Below are positions 18,022 to 28,303 of a stretch of 64,000 bases of DNA, in pieces. Where the stretch lies: assembly GCA_934122395.1 (NCBI GenBank), contig CAKOWQ010000003.1:186299-250298 (forward strand). Reading direction: 5' to 3'. Every line of letters starts with the position of its first letter. Position 1 is the stretch's first letter. The notes below the pieces were generated by a model. That model made no database searches and had not been told where the DNA came from. It saw only the letters and a program-made list of their open reading frames with translations. A program made the position numbers and the translations under genes. Source of the DNA: an uncultured Bacilli bacterium. Its GTDB lineage: Bacteria > Bacillota_I > Bacilli_A > RF39 > UBA660.

Positions 18022-20163
18022 ATGAAGAAAAAGCTAGAAAATAATAATGTTAGAATAAGTTTATTCTTAGTTGTTATTGCTCTAGTTTTTTTTGTTTTGA
18101 TTATTGCAAGAACTGCTCAACTTGCTTTATCTAAGAAGATAGATGGAATTGATATACAGGAATTTGCTAGTAGTAGAACTACTAAAAATGAAATATTAAA
18201 GGGTAAAAGAGGTACTATTTATGATAAGAATGGAACTGCTCTTGCACAAAATGTTTCATCTTATACTTTAATAGCTTATTTATCATCATCTAGAACTACT
18301 GATATAAAACATCCTAAACATGTAGTTGATAAAGAATATACAGCAGAAATGTTGTCAACAGTACTTGATTTAAGTAAAGAACAATTATTACAGTATTTAT
18401 CGAAAGAAAATGTATATCAGACAGAGTTTGGTAGTAAGGGAAGAGGGTTAACTGAACTTACTAAAGATGCTATTCTAGCTTTAGGACTTCCTGGAATTGA
18501 TTTTATTGAAACACAAAAAAGATATTATCCTTATGGAGATTTTGCATCATATACTTTAGGTTATGCTAAAACTGAAATAACTGAAAAAGATGATGGAAGT
18601 AGTTCTGAAGCAATAGTAGGTGAAATGGGAATTGAAAAACAATTTGATGAAGAGTTAAAAGGAGAAGATGGTTATACTTTCTATCAAAAAGATAGAGCTG
18701 GTTATAAAATTGCTGGCACTAAAGAAGTAACGGTACCGGCTAAAGATGGTAAAGATGTATATTTAACGATCGATTCAAATATTCAATTGTTCCTGGAACG
18801 TGCTCTTGATAAGGCTGATTGGTATAATTTTGAATGGTCTACTATTCTAGTGGCAGATGCTAAGTCTGGTGCTATTCTAGCTTCATCTTCTAATCCGTCA
18901 TTTGATCCTAATTTAAGAAATATGACTAATTATATTAACTATAATACTAGTTATGCATATGAGCCAGGATCTACTATGAAAATATTCTCTTATATGGCAA
19001 CTATGGAAAATGGAAACTATAATGGTAGTGATACATATAAATCAGGTGTTTATGTAACAAAAGATGGTACTGAAATAGGCGATCATAATCGTAATGGTTG
19101 GGGAGAAATAACTTTTGATTATGGATTTACTTTATCTAGTAACGTAGCAGTTATTAACCTTATTAATAGATACATTAGTGGTGCAATATTAAAAACATAT
19201 TATAATAAACTTGGTTTTGGTTCTAAAACAGGAATAGAGCTACCAAATGAAGTTACAGGAAAAGTAGCTTTTAAATATGAAACGGAAATACTTAATGCTG
19301 GTTTTGGACAAGGGATTACTACAACTCCTATTCAAAATATTAAGGCACTTACTTCACTTACTAATAATGGAGTATTAATGCAACCATATATTGTTGATAA
19401 GATAGTTGATCCTGATACTAATGAAGTAGTATATCAAGGTGGTAAAAAAGAGCTTGATAAAGTTGCTAGTAAAGAGACTGTTGCTAAAATGAAAAATTTA
19501 ATGCGAACCGTTATAGAAGATCCTATGGGAACAGGTCATGGTTATTATATGGAAGGTTATGATTTAATAGCTAAAACAGGTACTGCACAGGTTGCTGATA
19601 AAAGTGGTTATGGTGGTAGTGTTATTCGTGGCTTTGCAGGACTATATCCAGGAAATGACCCTAGTATCATAATATATTATGCATCTAAAGATAATGGTTT
19701 AGGTGGTTTATATGCTATGAGAACAGTTATCAAGGATCTAATTGCAAATGTCAGTAAATATTTAGAACTAGATGGTAATAGTGTAGATAATACTACAGCT
19801 TTAAAGAATTATACAATGCCTTCTTTTATAAATAAAAATACTGTTGATGTTACAAATAAATTAACTAGTGAAGGATTAACTTATATAGTTATTGGTAATG
19901 GTAATAAAATAGTTAAACAATATCCAAGTGTTGATACTAAAGTATCTGAATTAGATAAAATTTTCTTAGTTACTAATGATAGTAATCTTGTTATGCCAAA
20001 TGTAATAGGTTATAGTATAAATGATGCTAAAGTTTTATTAAATCTATTAGGTATTAATCATTCTATAACTGGAAACGGTTATATAACTTCTCAAAGTATT
20101 GCATCAGGTGTAATTATAAAAAAAGAAGATATAGTCTCTTTAGAAGCTAATCCTAAGTTTTAA
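18022..20163 (+). CDS. Class B penicillin-binding protein (FtsI/PBP2B/SpoVD-like) with two C-terminal PASTA domains
   Basis: N-terminal TM; transpeptidase motifs (STMK-like S-T-M-K at GSTMKIF, SSN, KTGT); two PASTA repeats at the C-terminus. Confidence 0.85.
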   Translation: MKKKLENNNVRISLFLVVIALVFFVLIIARTAQLALSKKIDGIDIQEFASSRTTKNEILKGKRGTIYDKNGTALAQNVSSYTLIAYLSSSRTTDIKHPKHVVDKEYTAEMLSTVLDLSKEQLLQYLSKENVYQTEFGSKGRGLTELTKDAILALGLPGIDFIETQKRYYPYGDFASYTLGYAKTEITEKDDGSSSEAIVGEMGIEKQFDEELKGEDGYTFYQKDRAGYKIAGTKEVTVPAKDGKDVYLTIDSNIQLFLERALDKADWYNFEWSTILVADAKSGAILASSSNPSFDPNLRNMTNYINYNTSYAYEPGSTMKIFSYMATMENGNYNGSDTYKSGVYVTKDGTEIGDHNRNGWGEITFDYGFTLSSNVAVINLINRYISGAILKTYYNKLGFGSKTGIELPNEVTGKVAFKYETEILNAGFGQGITTTPIQNIKALTSLTNNGVLMQPYIVDKIVDPDTNEVVYQGGKKELDKVASKETVAKMKNLMRTVIEDPMGTGHGYYMEGYDLIAKTGTAQVADKSGYGGSVIRGFAGLYPGNDPSIIIYYASKDNGLGGLYAMRTVIKDLIANVSKYLELDGNSVDNTTALKNYTMPSFINKNTVDVTNKLTSEGLTYIVIGNGNKIVKQYPSVDTKVSELDKIFLVTNDSNLVMPNVIGYSINDAKVLLNLLGINHSITGNGYITSQSIASGVIIKKEDIVSLEANPKF

Positions 20164-20174
20164 TTAATAAAATT

Positions 20175-20201
20175 ATACAAGACTTTAAGTCTTGTATTTT
20201 T
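20175..20201 (+). terminator. Rho-independent terminator after the PBP gene
   Basis: TACAAGACTTTAAGTCTTGTATTTTT. Confidence 0.65.
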
Positions 20202-20246
20202 ATTTTGTATTTTGTGATACAATATACCTATCAATTGAGGTGAATT

Positions 20247-21119
20247 ATGAAAATAGCAGTTGTTCCTAGTAGTAATAAAGAAATAGATAAATATACAAGT
20301 CCTTTAGTTAGTGCTATAATATTTGGACTAAAAGATTTTTCGGTTAATTATCCAGAATTAGGTCTAGAAGAAATAAAGAATTTTTCTCTTAAAAACAAAG
20401 ATATTGATATATTTGTAAGTATTAATAAAACTATTTTTAATGAAGACTTAGAAAGTGTTGAAAAGTATTTAATTGAATTAGATAAATTATCTATAAAAGG
20501 TGTTTTATTTTATGATTTAGGTATTTTAAATATTTATAAACGTCATAAATTTAAGTATTCTTTAGTTTGGCATCAAACTCATATGGTAACAAATTATAAT
20601 ACATGTAATTACTATTATAATGAAGGAGTTCAATATGGAGTGATTGCAGGAGAAATAACTAAGGATGAGATAATAGAAATAAAAAATAAAACTAAGATGA
20701 AGTTATTTGTTACTTTAATAGCTCGTCCTATTATGGCACATTCTAGAAGAAAACTGTTATCTAATTATTACAAGAGTATTGATAAGAATTATGATGGAGA
20801 GATTAAAACTATAAAAGAAGGCTTACATGATTATTTGATTAAAGAAGATAAGAATGGTACTTGTATATTAGAAGATAAAATAGTAAATGGTCTTACATAT
20901 ATAAACGAATTTAATGATAATAAAATAGAATATGGAATAATTAATGGCATGGAATTAGGAGACAAACTGCTATTAGAATTAATTCCACTAGTAAATGAAG
21001 TATTAAATAATAACGATAAAAAAAGTTTAGAAAAAATAATAAAGTTAATTGGTAATAATACTTTATTCTTTGATAAGAAAACGGTGTTTAAGGTGAAGAA
21101 AGATGAAAAAAAGAATTGA
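20247..21119 (+). CDS. Peptidase U32-family protein (YrrN/TrhP-like, tRNA ho5U-associated)
   Basis: U32 family composition; tandem with the second U32 gene and near greA, as in the Bacillus yrrN/yrrO locus. Confidence 0.6.
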   Translation: MKIAVVPSSNKEIDKYTSPLVSAIIFGLKDFSVNYPELGLEEIKNFSLKNKDIDIFVSINKTIFNEDLESVEKYLIELDKLSIKGVLFYDLGILNIYKRHKFKYSLVWHQTHMVTNYNTCNYYYNEGVQYGVIAGEITKDEIIEIKNKTKMKLFVTLIARPIMAHSRRKLLSNYYKSIDKNYDGEIKTIKEGLHDYLIKEDKNGTCILEDKIVNGLTYINEFNDNKIEYGIINGMELGDKLLLELIPLVNEVLNNNDKKSLEKIIKLIGNNTLFFDKKTVFKVKKDEKKN

Positions 21120-22287
21120 GTTATTATCTCCAGCAGGAGATTTAGAAAGATTAAAAGTAACTTTATTATATGGAGCTGATGCTGTATATATCGGGGGACA
21201 ACATTATAGCCTAAGAGCTAATGCTAGTAATTTTTCGATTGATGAGATAAAAGAAGCATGTGATTTTGCACACTCTTTAGGTAAAAAAGTTTATTTAACT
21301 CTTAATATTGTTTTTCATAACGAAGATATTAAGGGCGTAGAAGATTATATTAAAGATGTAGCGAATGCTGGAATAGATGCCTTTATTGTAAGTGATCCTT
21401 TTATTATTAAATATATTAAAACAAATTTTCCTAGTGTTGAGGTTCATTTAAGTACACAAAATTCTACTTCTAATATAGAAGCAGTTAAATATTTTAAGGA
21501 TCAGGGAATAGATAGAGTAGTTTTAGCTCGTGAGTTATCTTTATGTGAAATAGAAAAAATAATTTTAGCAACAGGTATGGATATAGAAGTATTTATACAT
21601 GGCGCTATGTGTACTTTTTATAGTGGTAGATGTACTTTATCTAATTATTTGACTAATAGGGACTCTAATAGAGGAGGATGTAGTCAGGTATGTCGTTTTG
21701 CATTTAATATTGAAAATGAAGATAAAAAGTTTACTATGGCTACTAAAGATTTAAATGCAGTAAGATATATTAGTAAATTAATTGATATTGGAGTAGCATC
21801 TCTTAAAGTTGAAGGTAGAATGCGTTCGTTATATTATTTAGCTACTGTAATTGGATGTTATAGAAAAACTATTGATAGTTATTATGATGGCGTTTTAACT
21901 AACGAAGAATTAAATTATCAAGAACTCATTTTATCAAGAGTTGCTAATAGAGAAACTTCAGCACATTATTTGTACCATTTAGCAGATGATACTGATCAGT
22001 ATTACACTGGAAGACAAGAAATATCTAATCAAGATTTTTTAGGATTAGTATTGGATTATGATAAGAAAACTAAAATAGTAACTTTAACTGAACGAAATTA
22101 TTTTAGTAAAGGAGATTTGGTTCAATTATTTACTCCTAGTGGTAGTACATATTCTTTTGTGATTGATAAAATGTATAATGAAAAAATGGAAGAAATAGAT
22201 GTTGCAAGGCATCCTGAAGAAATTATTAAAATAGTAGTAGATGGTGATGACATTTGTCCTTATTCAATGTTAAGAAAGAAGGTTTAA
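21103..22287 (+). CDS. Peptidase U32-family protein (YrrO/TrhP/PrtC-like) with C-terminal domain
   Basis: U32 collagenase-like core (E-x-R-MRS/LYYLA; Cys-rich GGCSQVCRF) plus C-terminal beta-barrel-like extension. Confidence 0.7.
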   Translation: MKKRIELLSPAGDLERLKVTLLYGADAVYIGGQHYSLRANASNFSIDEIKEACDFAHSLGKKVYLTLNIVFHNEDIKGVEDYIKDVANAGIDAFIVSDPFIIKYIKTNFPSVEVHLSTQNSTSNIEAVKYFKDQGIDRVVLARELSLCEIEKIILATGMDIEVFIHGAMCTFYSGRCTLSNYLTNRDSNRGGCSQVCRFAFNIENEDKKFTMATKDLNAVRYISKLIDIGVASLKVEGRMRSLYYLATVIGCYRKTIDSYYDGVLTNEELNYQELILSRVANRETSAHYLYHLADDTDQYYTGRQEISNQDFLGLVLDYDKKTKIVTLTERNYFSKGDLVQLFTPSGSTYSFVIDKMYNEKMEEIDVARHPEEIIKIVVDGDDICPYSMLRKKV

Positions 22288-22289
22288 TA

Positions 22290-23423
22290 ATGGATTTAGA
22301 AAAAATTAAAAAGGAAATATTAAAAAGAGAAGATAATTTATCTAGTTATGCTACTCATAGTAGTAGTGCTATTAGACTAAAAGATGAAGAAGTAGATATT
22401 AGACCAGCTTTTTTTAGAGATGTCGATAGAATTATTCATAATATTTCTTATACAAGATATATTGATAAAACCCAAGTCTTTTCGTTCCGCGATAATGATC
22501 ACATATCTCATCGCGTTGTCCATGTACAATTAGTTAGTAAGATTGCCAGAACCATTGGTAGATGTTTAGGATTAAATGAAGACTTGATTGAAGCAATAGC
22601 ATTAGGTCATGATATTGGACATGTTCCTATCGGACATATTGGAGAATCTATCCTAAATGAGATTTCTAAAAAAGAGTTAAATGAATATTTTATGCATAAT
22701 GTTCAAAGTGTAAGAACATATATGAACATTGATAATAATGGAAATGGTGAGAATCTAACAGTTCAAGTGTTAGATGGAATATTATGTCATAATGGGGAAG
22801 TATTGAATAATATTTATGAACCTATTTTTACTAAAACTAAAGAGGATTTTTTAAAAGAATATAATGATTGTTATACAGTATTAGAAACATCTAAAAAAAT
22901 ACGTCCAATGACTCTTGAGGGGTGTGTTGTACGTATATCTGATGTTATCGCTTATATAGGAAGAGATGTTGAAGATGCTATTCAATTAGGAGTAATAAAT
23001 AGAAGTGATATTCCAGAAGATGTTACTAAAGTTTTAGGTAATAATAATAGAGAAATAGTTAATAATATTATTTTAGATATAATAGAAAACAGTTATGGTA
23101 AGCCTTATATTAAATTAAGTGAATCTATTTATGAAGCTATCGATAAATTAAAAGATTTTAACTATAAGAATATATATGCTAAAGCCAATGATGAGACTAC
23201 TTTAAAGTACTATAAAAAAGCTTTTAATATTTTATATAGTAAATATTTAAGTGATTTAGAATATACTAAAAAAGATAGTGAAATTTATACTTTATTTATT
23301 GATAATATGAGTGGTGATTATATTAGTAACACTTCAAATAAAAGAATAGTTATAGACTTTATTGCAGGTATGACAGATAATTTCTTTATTAAATGTTATG
23401 AAAATATAGAAAAGGCGTGTTAA
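22290..23423 (+). CDS. dGTP triphosphohydrolase-like HD-domain protein
   Basis: HD motif (HRVVHVQLV...LGHDIGHVPIGH) characteristic of Dgt-like dNTPases. Confidence 0.75.
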   Translation: MDLEKIKKEILKREDNLSSYATHSSSAIRLKDEEVDIRPAFFRDVDRIIHNISYTRYIDKTQVFSFRDNDHISHRVVHVQLVSKIARTIGRCLGLNEDLIEAIALGHDIGHVPIGHIGESILNEISKKELNEYFMHNVQSVRTYMNIDNNGNGENLTVQVLDGILCHNGEVLNNIYEPIFTKTKEDFLKEYNDCYTVLETSKKIRPMTLEGCVVRISDVIAYIGRDVEDAIQLGVINRSDIPEDVTKVLGNNNREIVNNIILDIIENSYGKPYIKLSESIYEAIDKLKDFNYKNIYAKANDETTLKYYKKAFNILYSKYLSDLEYTKKDSEIYTLFIDNMSGDYISNTSNKRIVIDFIAGMTDNFFIKCYENIEKAC

Positions 23424-23490
23424 CAAAAAGAACTTGACAAATATCAAAGCTTGTAGTATCATTTTAAAGTATATAAAAAGAGGTGATATT

Positions 23491-23961
23491 ATGAGCGAAA
23501 AGAAAATATATTTGACTGAAGAAGGTTACCGCGATTTAAAGAAAGAATTAGATGAATTGATAAATGTTAAACGACCTGAAAATATTCAAGCTATAAAAGA
23601 AGCAAGAGCATTAGGTGATTTATCTGAAAATGCTGACTATGATGCAGCTAAAAACGATCAAGCTGAAATTGAAGGACGTATTAAAAGAATAGAAAAAATG
23701 TTAGAAAACGTTGAAATAATTGAGAAAAAGAGTAGCGATGTAGTAGCACTTGGTTCAACAGTAAGCATTAAATATTGTGATGATGAAGATGAAACTGATG
23801 AATATGAAATAGTTGGAAGTCAAGAAGCAGATCCATTTGTAAGTAAGATTTCTAATGAGAGCCCTATTGCTAAAGCTATCATGAATAAAAAAGTAGGGGA
23901 CGTTGTTGAGGTTGAAAGCCCAAATGGCGTTTATAAAATAGAAATTACTGCTATAAAATAG
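23491..23961 (+). CDS. greA: Transcription elongation factor GreA
   Basis: MSEKKIYLTEEGY...LKKELDEL N-terminal coiled coil; C-terminal FKBP-like domain; AAAGAGGTGA RBS. Confidence 0.9.
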   Translation: MSEKKIYLTEEGYRDLKKELDELINVKRPENIQAIKEARALGDLSENADYDAAKNDQAEIEGRIKRIEKMLENVEIIEKKSSDVVALGSTVSIKYCDDEDETDEYEIVGSQEADPFVSKISNESPIAKAIMNKKVGDVVEVESPNGVYKIEITAIK

Positions 23962-23969
23962 TGTAAACA

Positions 23970-23998
23970 AAAGTGTCATTTTGACACTTTTTTATTTT
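23970..23998 (+). terminator. Rho-independent terminator after greA
   Basis: AAAGTGTCATTTTGACACTTTTTTATTTT. Confidence 0.7.
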
Positions 23999-24056
23999 TG
24001 ATATCTTTACATTTTGCCTATATATGTTATGCTTTATATATAATAAGGAGGATGAA

Positions 24057-24719
24057 ATGAAGAAGTTTAAATTAATTAGTATTGTATTAGCATTTATAGT
24101 ATTTGTTACTATGCCAGTTGTATATGCTCATGAAGTTGAATTAAGTAGTGATATTATTACTATTCCTACTACTAGCGAGTCTGCAATATGGAAAGGTACT
24201 AAAGTTCAAATTGCCAGTAGTTATGGAGAATATAATTTTTATTATCAATATGTAGTAATAACGGACGAACAATATAAAAATTATATAGGAATAAAAGAAG
24301 AACAAAAGAAATATGAAGCGGAGCATAAACCAGTAGCAGGTGCAACTAAAGAAGAACAAAATGCATATGAAGAAGAAATGAAAAACTATGAAAAATCAAA
24401 AGAAGGTATTTTACCATCATATGATGATAAAAAATGGATTGCATCTAGTGATAATACTGTACCAATAGATGAAGAAAAAAATACAGAACCTGCTAAATAT
24501 GTTTTATGGGTAAAAGTTGAAAGTAAAACAGGAACAGATAAAAATGCTAAATACAACGATTTAGTAGTTGTATATAACCCTACTACTAAGAGTGATGATA
24601 ATAGTAAAAGTGAAGAGGAAGCTAATCCAAGTACTAGTGATAATATAATACTATTTGCAGCAGGTGCAGCATTAATTGCTGGTGTTATGGTTGTAAGTTT
24701 TAAAAAATCAAGAGCTTAA
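24057..24719 (+). CDS. Secreted surface protein with C-terminal NPSTSDN sorting-like signal, TM and basic tail
   Basis: Signal peptide MKKFKLISIVLAFIVFVTMPVVYA; charged, Lys/Glu-rich middle; C-terminus ...NPSTSDNIILFAAGAALIAGVMVVSFKKSRA; AAGGAGGA RBS. Confidence 0.65.
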   Translation: MKKFKLISIVLAFIVFVTMPVVYAHEVELSSDIITIPTTSESAIWKGTKVQIASSYGEYNFYYQYVVITDEQYKNYIGIKEEQKKYEAEHKPVAGATKEEQNAYEEEMKNYEKSKEGILPSYDDKKWIASSDNTVPIDEEKNTEPAKYVLWVKVESKTGTDKNAKYNDLVVVYNPTTKSDDNSKSEEEANPSTSDNIILFAAGAALIAGVMVVSFKKSRA

Positions 24720-24723
24720 AATA

Positions 24724-24756
24724 AAATAAAGTAGCAAAAGCTACTTTATTTTTTTG
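24724..24756. terminator. Bidirectional rho-independent terminator between convergent genes
   Basis: AAATAAAGTAGCAAAAGCTACTTTATTTTTTT. Confidence 0.65.
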
Positions 24757-24865
24757 TATAAAACATGATACCAGTTAACAGGATAAGGATTAATAATATT
24801 AAAAACATAATTAACAAATTAAATGTATCAGGAGTAATTGCTCCTGGATTTAATGCTACAAACAT

Positions 24866-25534
24866 TTATAGTACTACTAATGCTAGTAAAATTAAATTAT
24901 AAATAACTCGTGCTATTATGTTTAATATAATATTATTGGTTTTGCTATATAGAAAAGATAAAAATAGTCCCACTAAATAGTAAGAAATAAAGAAAATATT
25001 TAGATTATTATATATCAAGTAAAATATTCCAATTAATATACTAGACACTAATATAAAGACTATATCATTGTTAAATGCTTTTCTTAAATTTTGTCTAAAT
25101 ATTAATTCTTCTATTATTGGTGAATATAGTATTAAGTAAAAACAAGATATAATAAAATTTTTACTGATACTATGTGTGATCGTTAAATCATTATTAGGAA
25201 TATTTATTTTTCTAGTAATTATAAAACTTAATATATTTACTGATAACATAATAAAGAATATTGCAAGGATAGATATTAGTATAATAATACTAGATTTTTT
25301 CTTATCTTTTATAGTTCTATCGATGCTTTTATCAATATCTTTTTTATAAACTAAATATATAATAAAAATATACAATGAATTTAGTATTATCTCATATACT
25401 GATATTAATTTATTATTATGAATACTTAATAGATTAAGAGGAACCTGTATAAAAGTAGACCATAATAAGTAACTAATAATAATTCCTAATGAAATAATAA
25501 ATTCTTTTCCATTTTTTTTATTTTTTAGTATCAC
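24866..25534 (-). CDS. CPBP (CAAX protease/Abi-family) intramembrane metalloprotease
   Basis: Multi-TM; EExxxR motif in SPIIEELIFRQNLRK. Confidence 0.75.
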   Translation of the reverse strand: MILKNKKNGKEFIISLGIIISYLLWSTFIQVPLNLLSIHNNKLISVYEIILNSLYIFIIYLVYKKDIDKSIDRTIKDKKKSSIIILISILAIFFIMLSVNILSFIITRKINIPNNDLTITHSISKNFIISCFYLILYSPIIEELIFRQNLRKAFNNDIVFILVSSILIGIFYLIYNNLNIFFISYYLVGLFLSFLYSKTNNIILNIIARVIYNLILLALVVL

Positions 25535-25757
25535 TTTTATACCTAGATTCTAATAGAAATATAGAAATTGTTTTAACCATTTTAAAAAACTTTTCATTAG
25601 GCCTCCTTTATCCTTATAGAAAGTTAACAAACAAGTAACTTTCTATTTTTAATTTTACCATAGAAAAGGTAAAAGTCAACATTTTGTTAACTTCGGCGTT
25701 GCTTATTGCAAGTAATCGAATAAAGTGTTATTATATAGGAACAAATCGGGGGATTTT

Positions 25758-26927
25758 ATGAGTGAAGTAACTTTAAAAGATAAGAAAGAAGTTCTTGTTA
25801 TGGCAAGTAAAGAAGAAAGGAAAGCTAAAATTTGTAAGGCTCTTATGGAAGCTAATTTTAGTCTTGTGTTTGATATCGCAAATATTCATAATTATTATGA
25901 TCAAGATGAATTAATTTCGGTAGGAACTCAAGGGCTTGTGAAAGCTGCTAATAGTTATGATACTACTAGAAATACACTGTTTAGGAATTATGCTTCAAAA
26001 TGCATTAGTAATGAGATTAATAATTTTTTAAAAAAGGCAAGTATAAGAAATGAAAATGTAAGTTTAGAAACACCAGTACAAACTAGTTATGGTAGTAAAA
26101 GATTAAAAGATATTATAATAGATGATGATCCATTTCGTAAAATATTCGATGAAGATGTTCATGCTTCTATTAGAAGTGCAATTACTTTATTACCATCACC
26201 TGAACGTGAAATAGTACAAATGCGATTTGGTTTTATTGATAATAAAATATTTAGTTTAAGAGATATTGCTAGTAAACTTCATTTATCATATGGTTATGTA
26301 AGTGAACTCTTAAATAATGGCGTAGAACTTGCTGCTATAATACTATCTAAAAAAGGAATAATAGATTTGAATAAGGACGAATATACTCTAGTTCACGATA
26401 AAAAAGGAAAAGTAAGAGCAATAAAAAAAGATAAGTTGTCAATATATAAGTATTTTAGCGATTATAGTGAAGATGAAATTAATTATGCATTATCAACTTT
26501 GACTCAAAGTGAAAGAGGATTGTTACCAAGTGCTTGTGGTGAAGCAATTCCTAATGAAATGTCTGAATTTATATATATTAGTCGAAAATTAAAAAAACGA
26601 CTTGATGCTTTTAGAGAAAATAAAGGTGCTGGTGCTGATAGGTTAACTACTGATGACTATAAAGAAATAGTTGATATATTAAATGGTGATAATATGCCAA
26701 AAAGAATTCAGGCGTTGGAAGAAAGCGAAAAAATTGTGGCATTATTAAGTTTGGGGTATGTAAATGGGAAGTATTTTTCAAGTGAATTTGTTTCAGATAC
26801 TTTAGGTATTCCACAAGAACGCGTTTTGGAAATAATTGATAAAACTGAAGAATTTGCTAGACAAGAGAGAAAAGAAGAAATGGAAAAATATCTAACCGGA
26901 ATAAAAACCAAAAGCAAAAGACCTTGA
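25758..26927 (+). CDS. Sigma-70-family sigma factor with about 185-aa C-terminal extension containing additional region-4-like HTH segments
   Basis: Region 2 (FRNYASKCISNEINNFL) and region 4 (PEREIVQMRFGFIDNKIFSLRDIASKLHLSYGYVSEL). Then LSTLTQSERGLL... and LEESEKIVALLSLGYVNGKYFSSEFVSDTLGIPQERVLEI repeats. Start MSEVTL with GGGGGA RBS. Confidence 0.65.
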   Translation: MSEVTLKDKKEVLVMASKEERKAKICKALMEANFSLVFDIANIHNYYDQDELISVGTQGLVKAANSYDTTRNTLFRNYASKCISNEINNFLKKASIRNENVSLETPVQTSYGSKRLKDIIIDDDPFRKIFDEDVHASIRSAITLLPSPEREIVQMRFGFIDNKIFSLRDIASKLHLSYGYVSELLNNGVELAAIILSKKGIIDLNKDEYTLVHDKKGKVRAIKKDKLSIYKYFSDYSEDEINYALSTLTQSERGLLPSACGEAIPNEMSEFIYISRKLKKRLDAFRENKGAGADRLTTDDYKEIVDILNGDNMPKRIQALEESEKIVALLSLGYVNGKYFSSEFVSDTLGIPQERVLEIIDKTEEFARQERKEEMEKYLTGIKTKSKRP

Positions 26928-26976
26928 ATTAAAACGCTAATTCATATATAATATAATAAGTATTGGAGGAAATATT

Positions 26977-28239
26977 ATGTCAAAAAAAGATAATAAACAT
27001 GAAATTACAGTTAAAATAGAAGGTGAATCTTGGAAAAATGCCTTAGACAAAGCATTTAACGAAGAAGTAAAAAAAGTAAATGTTGATGGATTTAGAAAAG
27101 GTAAAGTACCAAGAGAAATATTTGAAAAGAAGTTTGGTAAGGAACGTTTATATATTCCTGCTGTTGATAACGTTATTGAAGAAGGATATGTTAAAGCATT
27201 AGAAGAATCTAAATTAATACCAGTAGTACAACCAAAACTTGATATTAAAAGTATTGATGAAAATGGTGTTGAATTAATGTTTACTATTATTACTAAACCT
27301 GAAGTTAAAATTAAAAAATATAAAGGATTAAATGTTAAACCAGAAAAAATTAAAGTAACTAAAGAAGAAATCGAACATGAACTTCATCATGTATTAGAAA
27401 GATACAGTGAAGAACGTGTTAAAGAAAATGGTGAAGTTGCTATGGGTGACGTTGCTATTATCGATTTTGAAGGATTTAAAGATGGTGTAGCATTCGAAGG
27501 TGGAAAAGGTGAAAACTATGAATTAGAAATTGGTAGTCATTCATTTATTCCGGGATTTGAAGAACAATTAGTAGGGATGAAAACAGGTAGCAAAAAAGAA
27601 ATAGAAGTAACTTTCCCAGAAGAATATCCAGCTAAAGATTTACAAGGACAAAAAGCTACATTTAAAGTAAAAGTAAATGAAGTAAAAGAAAAAGTTCAAA
27701 GAGAATTCGATAAAGAACTATTTGATGATTTAGGAATTGAAGGCGTTGATTCTAAAGAAAAACTAGAAAAAGAAATAGAAGAAAACCTTAAAGCTCATAA
27801 AGAAGTTGATGCTGAAAATAATTATGTAGATAAATTACTAGAAACAGTTGGAAAAGAAACTGAAGTTGATATTCCTGAAGAAATGGTTAATGAAGAAGTA
27901 GATAGATTATTACATAGATTTGAGGATCAAATTAAAATGCAAGGTATCTCACTAGACTTATATTACCAATTTACTAATACTAAAGAAGAAGATTTAAGAG
28001 CACAATTAGAAAAAGAAGCATACAGTCATGTATTATATCGTTTAATGCTTGAAGAAGTTGCTAAACAAGAAAAAGTTGAAATTACTGATGAAGAAGCAGA
28101 AAAAGAAGCTGATAGTTTATCTAGTAAGTACCAAATGGAAAAAGAAGAATTCTTAAAAATGTTTGGTGGACTAGATATGATTAAATATGACTTAGAAATG
28201 CGTAAAGTAATTGAACTATTAAAAGAATTTAATAAATAA
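26977..28239 (+). CDS. tig: Trigger factor
   Basis: N-terminal ribosome-binding domain (GFRKGKVP signature), PPIase middle and C-terminal arm; 420 aa. Confidence 0.9.
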   Translation: MSKKDNKHEITVKIEGESWKNALDKAFNEEVKKVNVDGFRKGKVPREIFEKKFGKERLYIPAVDNVIEEGYVKALEESKLIPVVQPKLDIKSIDENGVELMFTIITKPEVKIKKYKGLNVKPEKIKVTKEEIEHELHHVLERYSEERVKENGEVAMGDVAIIDFEGFKDGVAFEGGKGENYELEIGSHSFIPGFEEQLVGMKTGSKKEIEVTFPEEYPAKDLQGQKATFKVKVNEVKEKVQREFDKELFDDLGIEGVDSKEKLEKEIEENLKAHKEVDAENNYVDKLLETVGKETEVDIPEEMVNEEVDRLLHRFEDQIKMQGISLDLYYQFTNTKEEDLRAQLEKEAYSHVLYRLMLEEVAKQEKVEITDEEAEKEADSLSSKYQMEKEEFLKMFGGLDMIKYDLEMRKVIELLKEFNK

Positions 28240-28261
28240 GCCAGATCTTGGCTTTTTTTTT
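28239..28261 (+). terminator. Rho-independent terminator after tig
   Basis: AGCCAGATCTTGGCTTTTTTTTT. Confidence 0.7.
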
Positions 28262-28303
28262 ATGTTGTTTTGTGGTAGACTAATTGTAGAATAGGGTGAT
28301 TAT

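Noticed and set aside
22290-23423. dGTPase-like HD protein as a possible nucleotide-depletion defence gene
   Set aside because: Dgt-like HD proteins are common housekeeping genes in Firmicutes and this one sits in a conserved U32-greA neighbourhood. Nothing in the sequence suggests a defence island.
23755-24359. Antisense ORFs in greA and the 24057-24719 gene
   Set aside because: Low-complexity translations; overlapped by supported genes.
26708-26917. Antisense ORF in the sigma-factor gene
   Set aside because: Embedded, no RBS.
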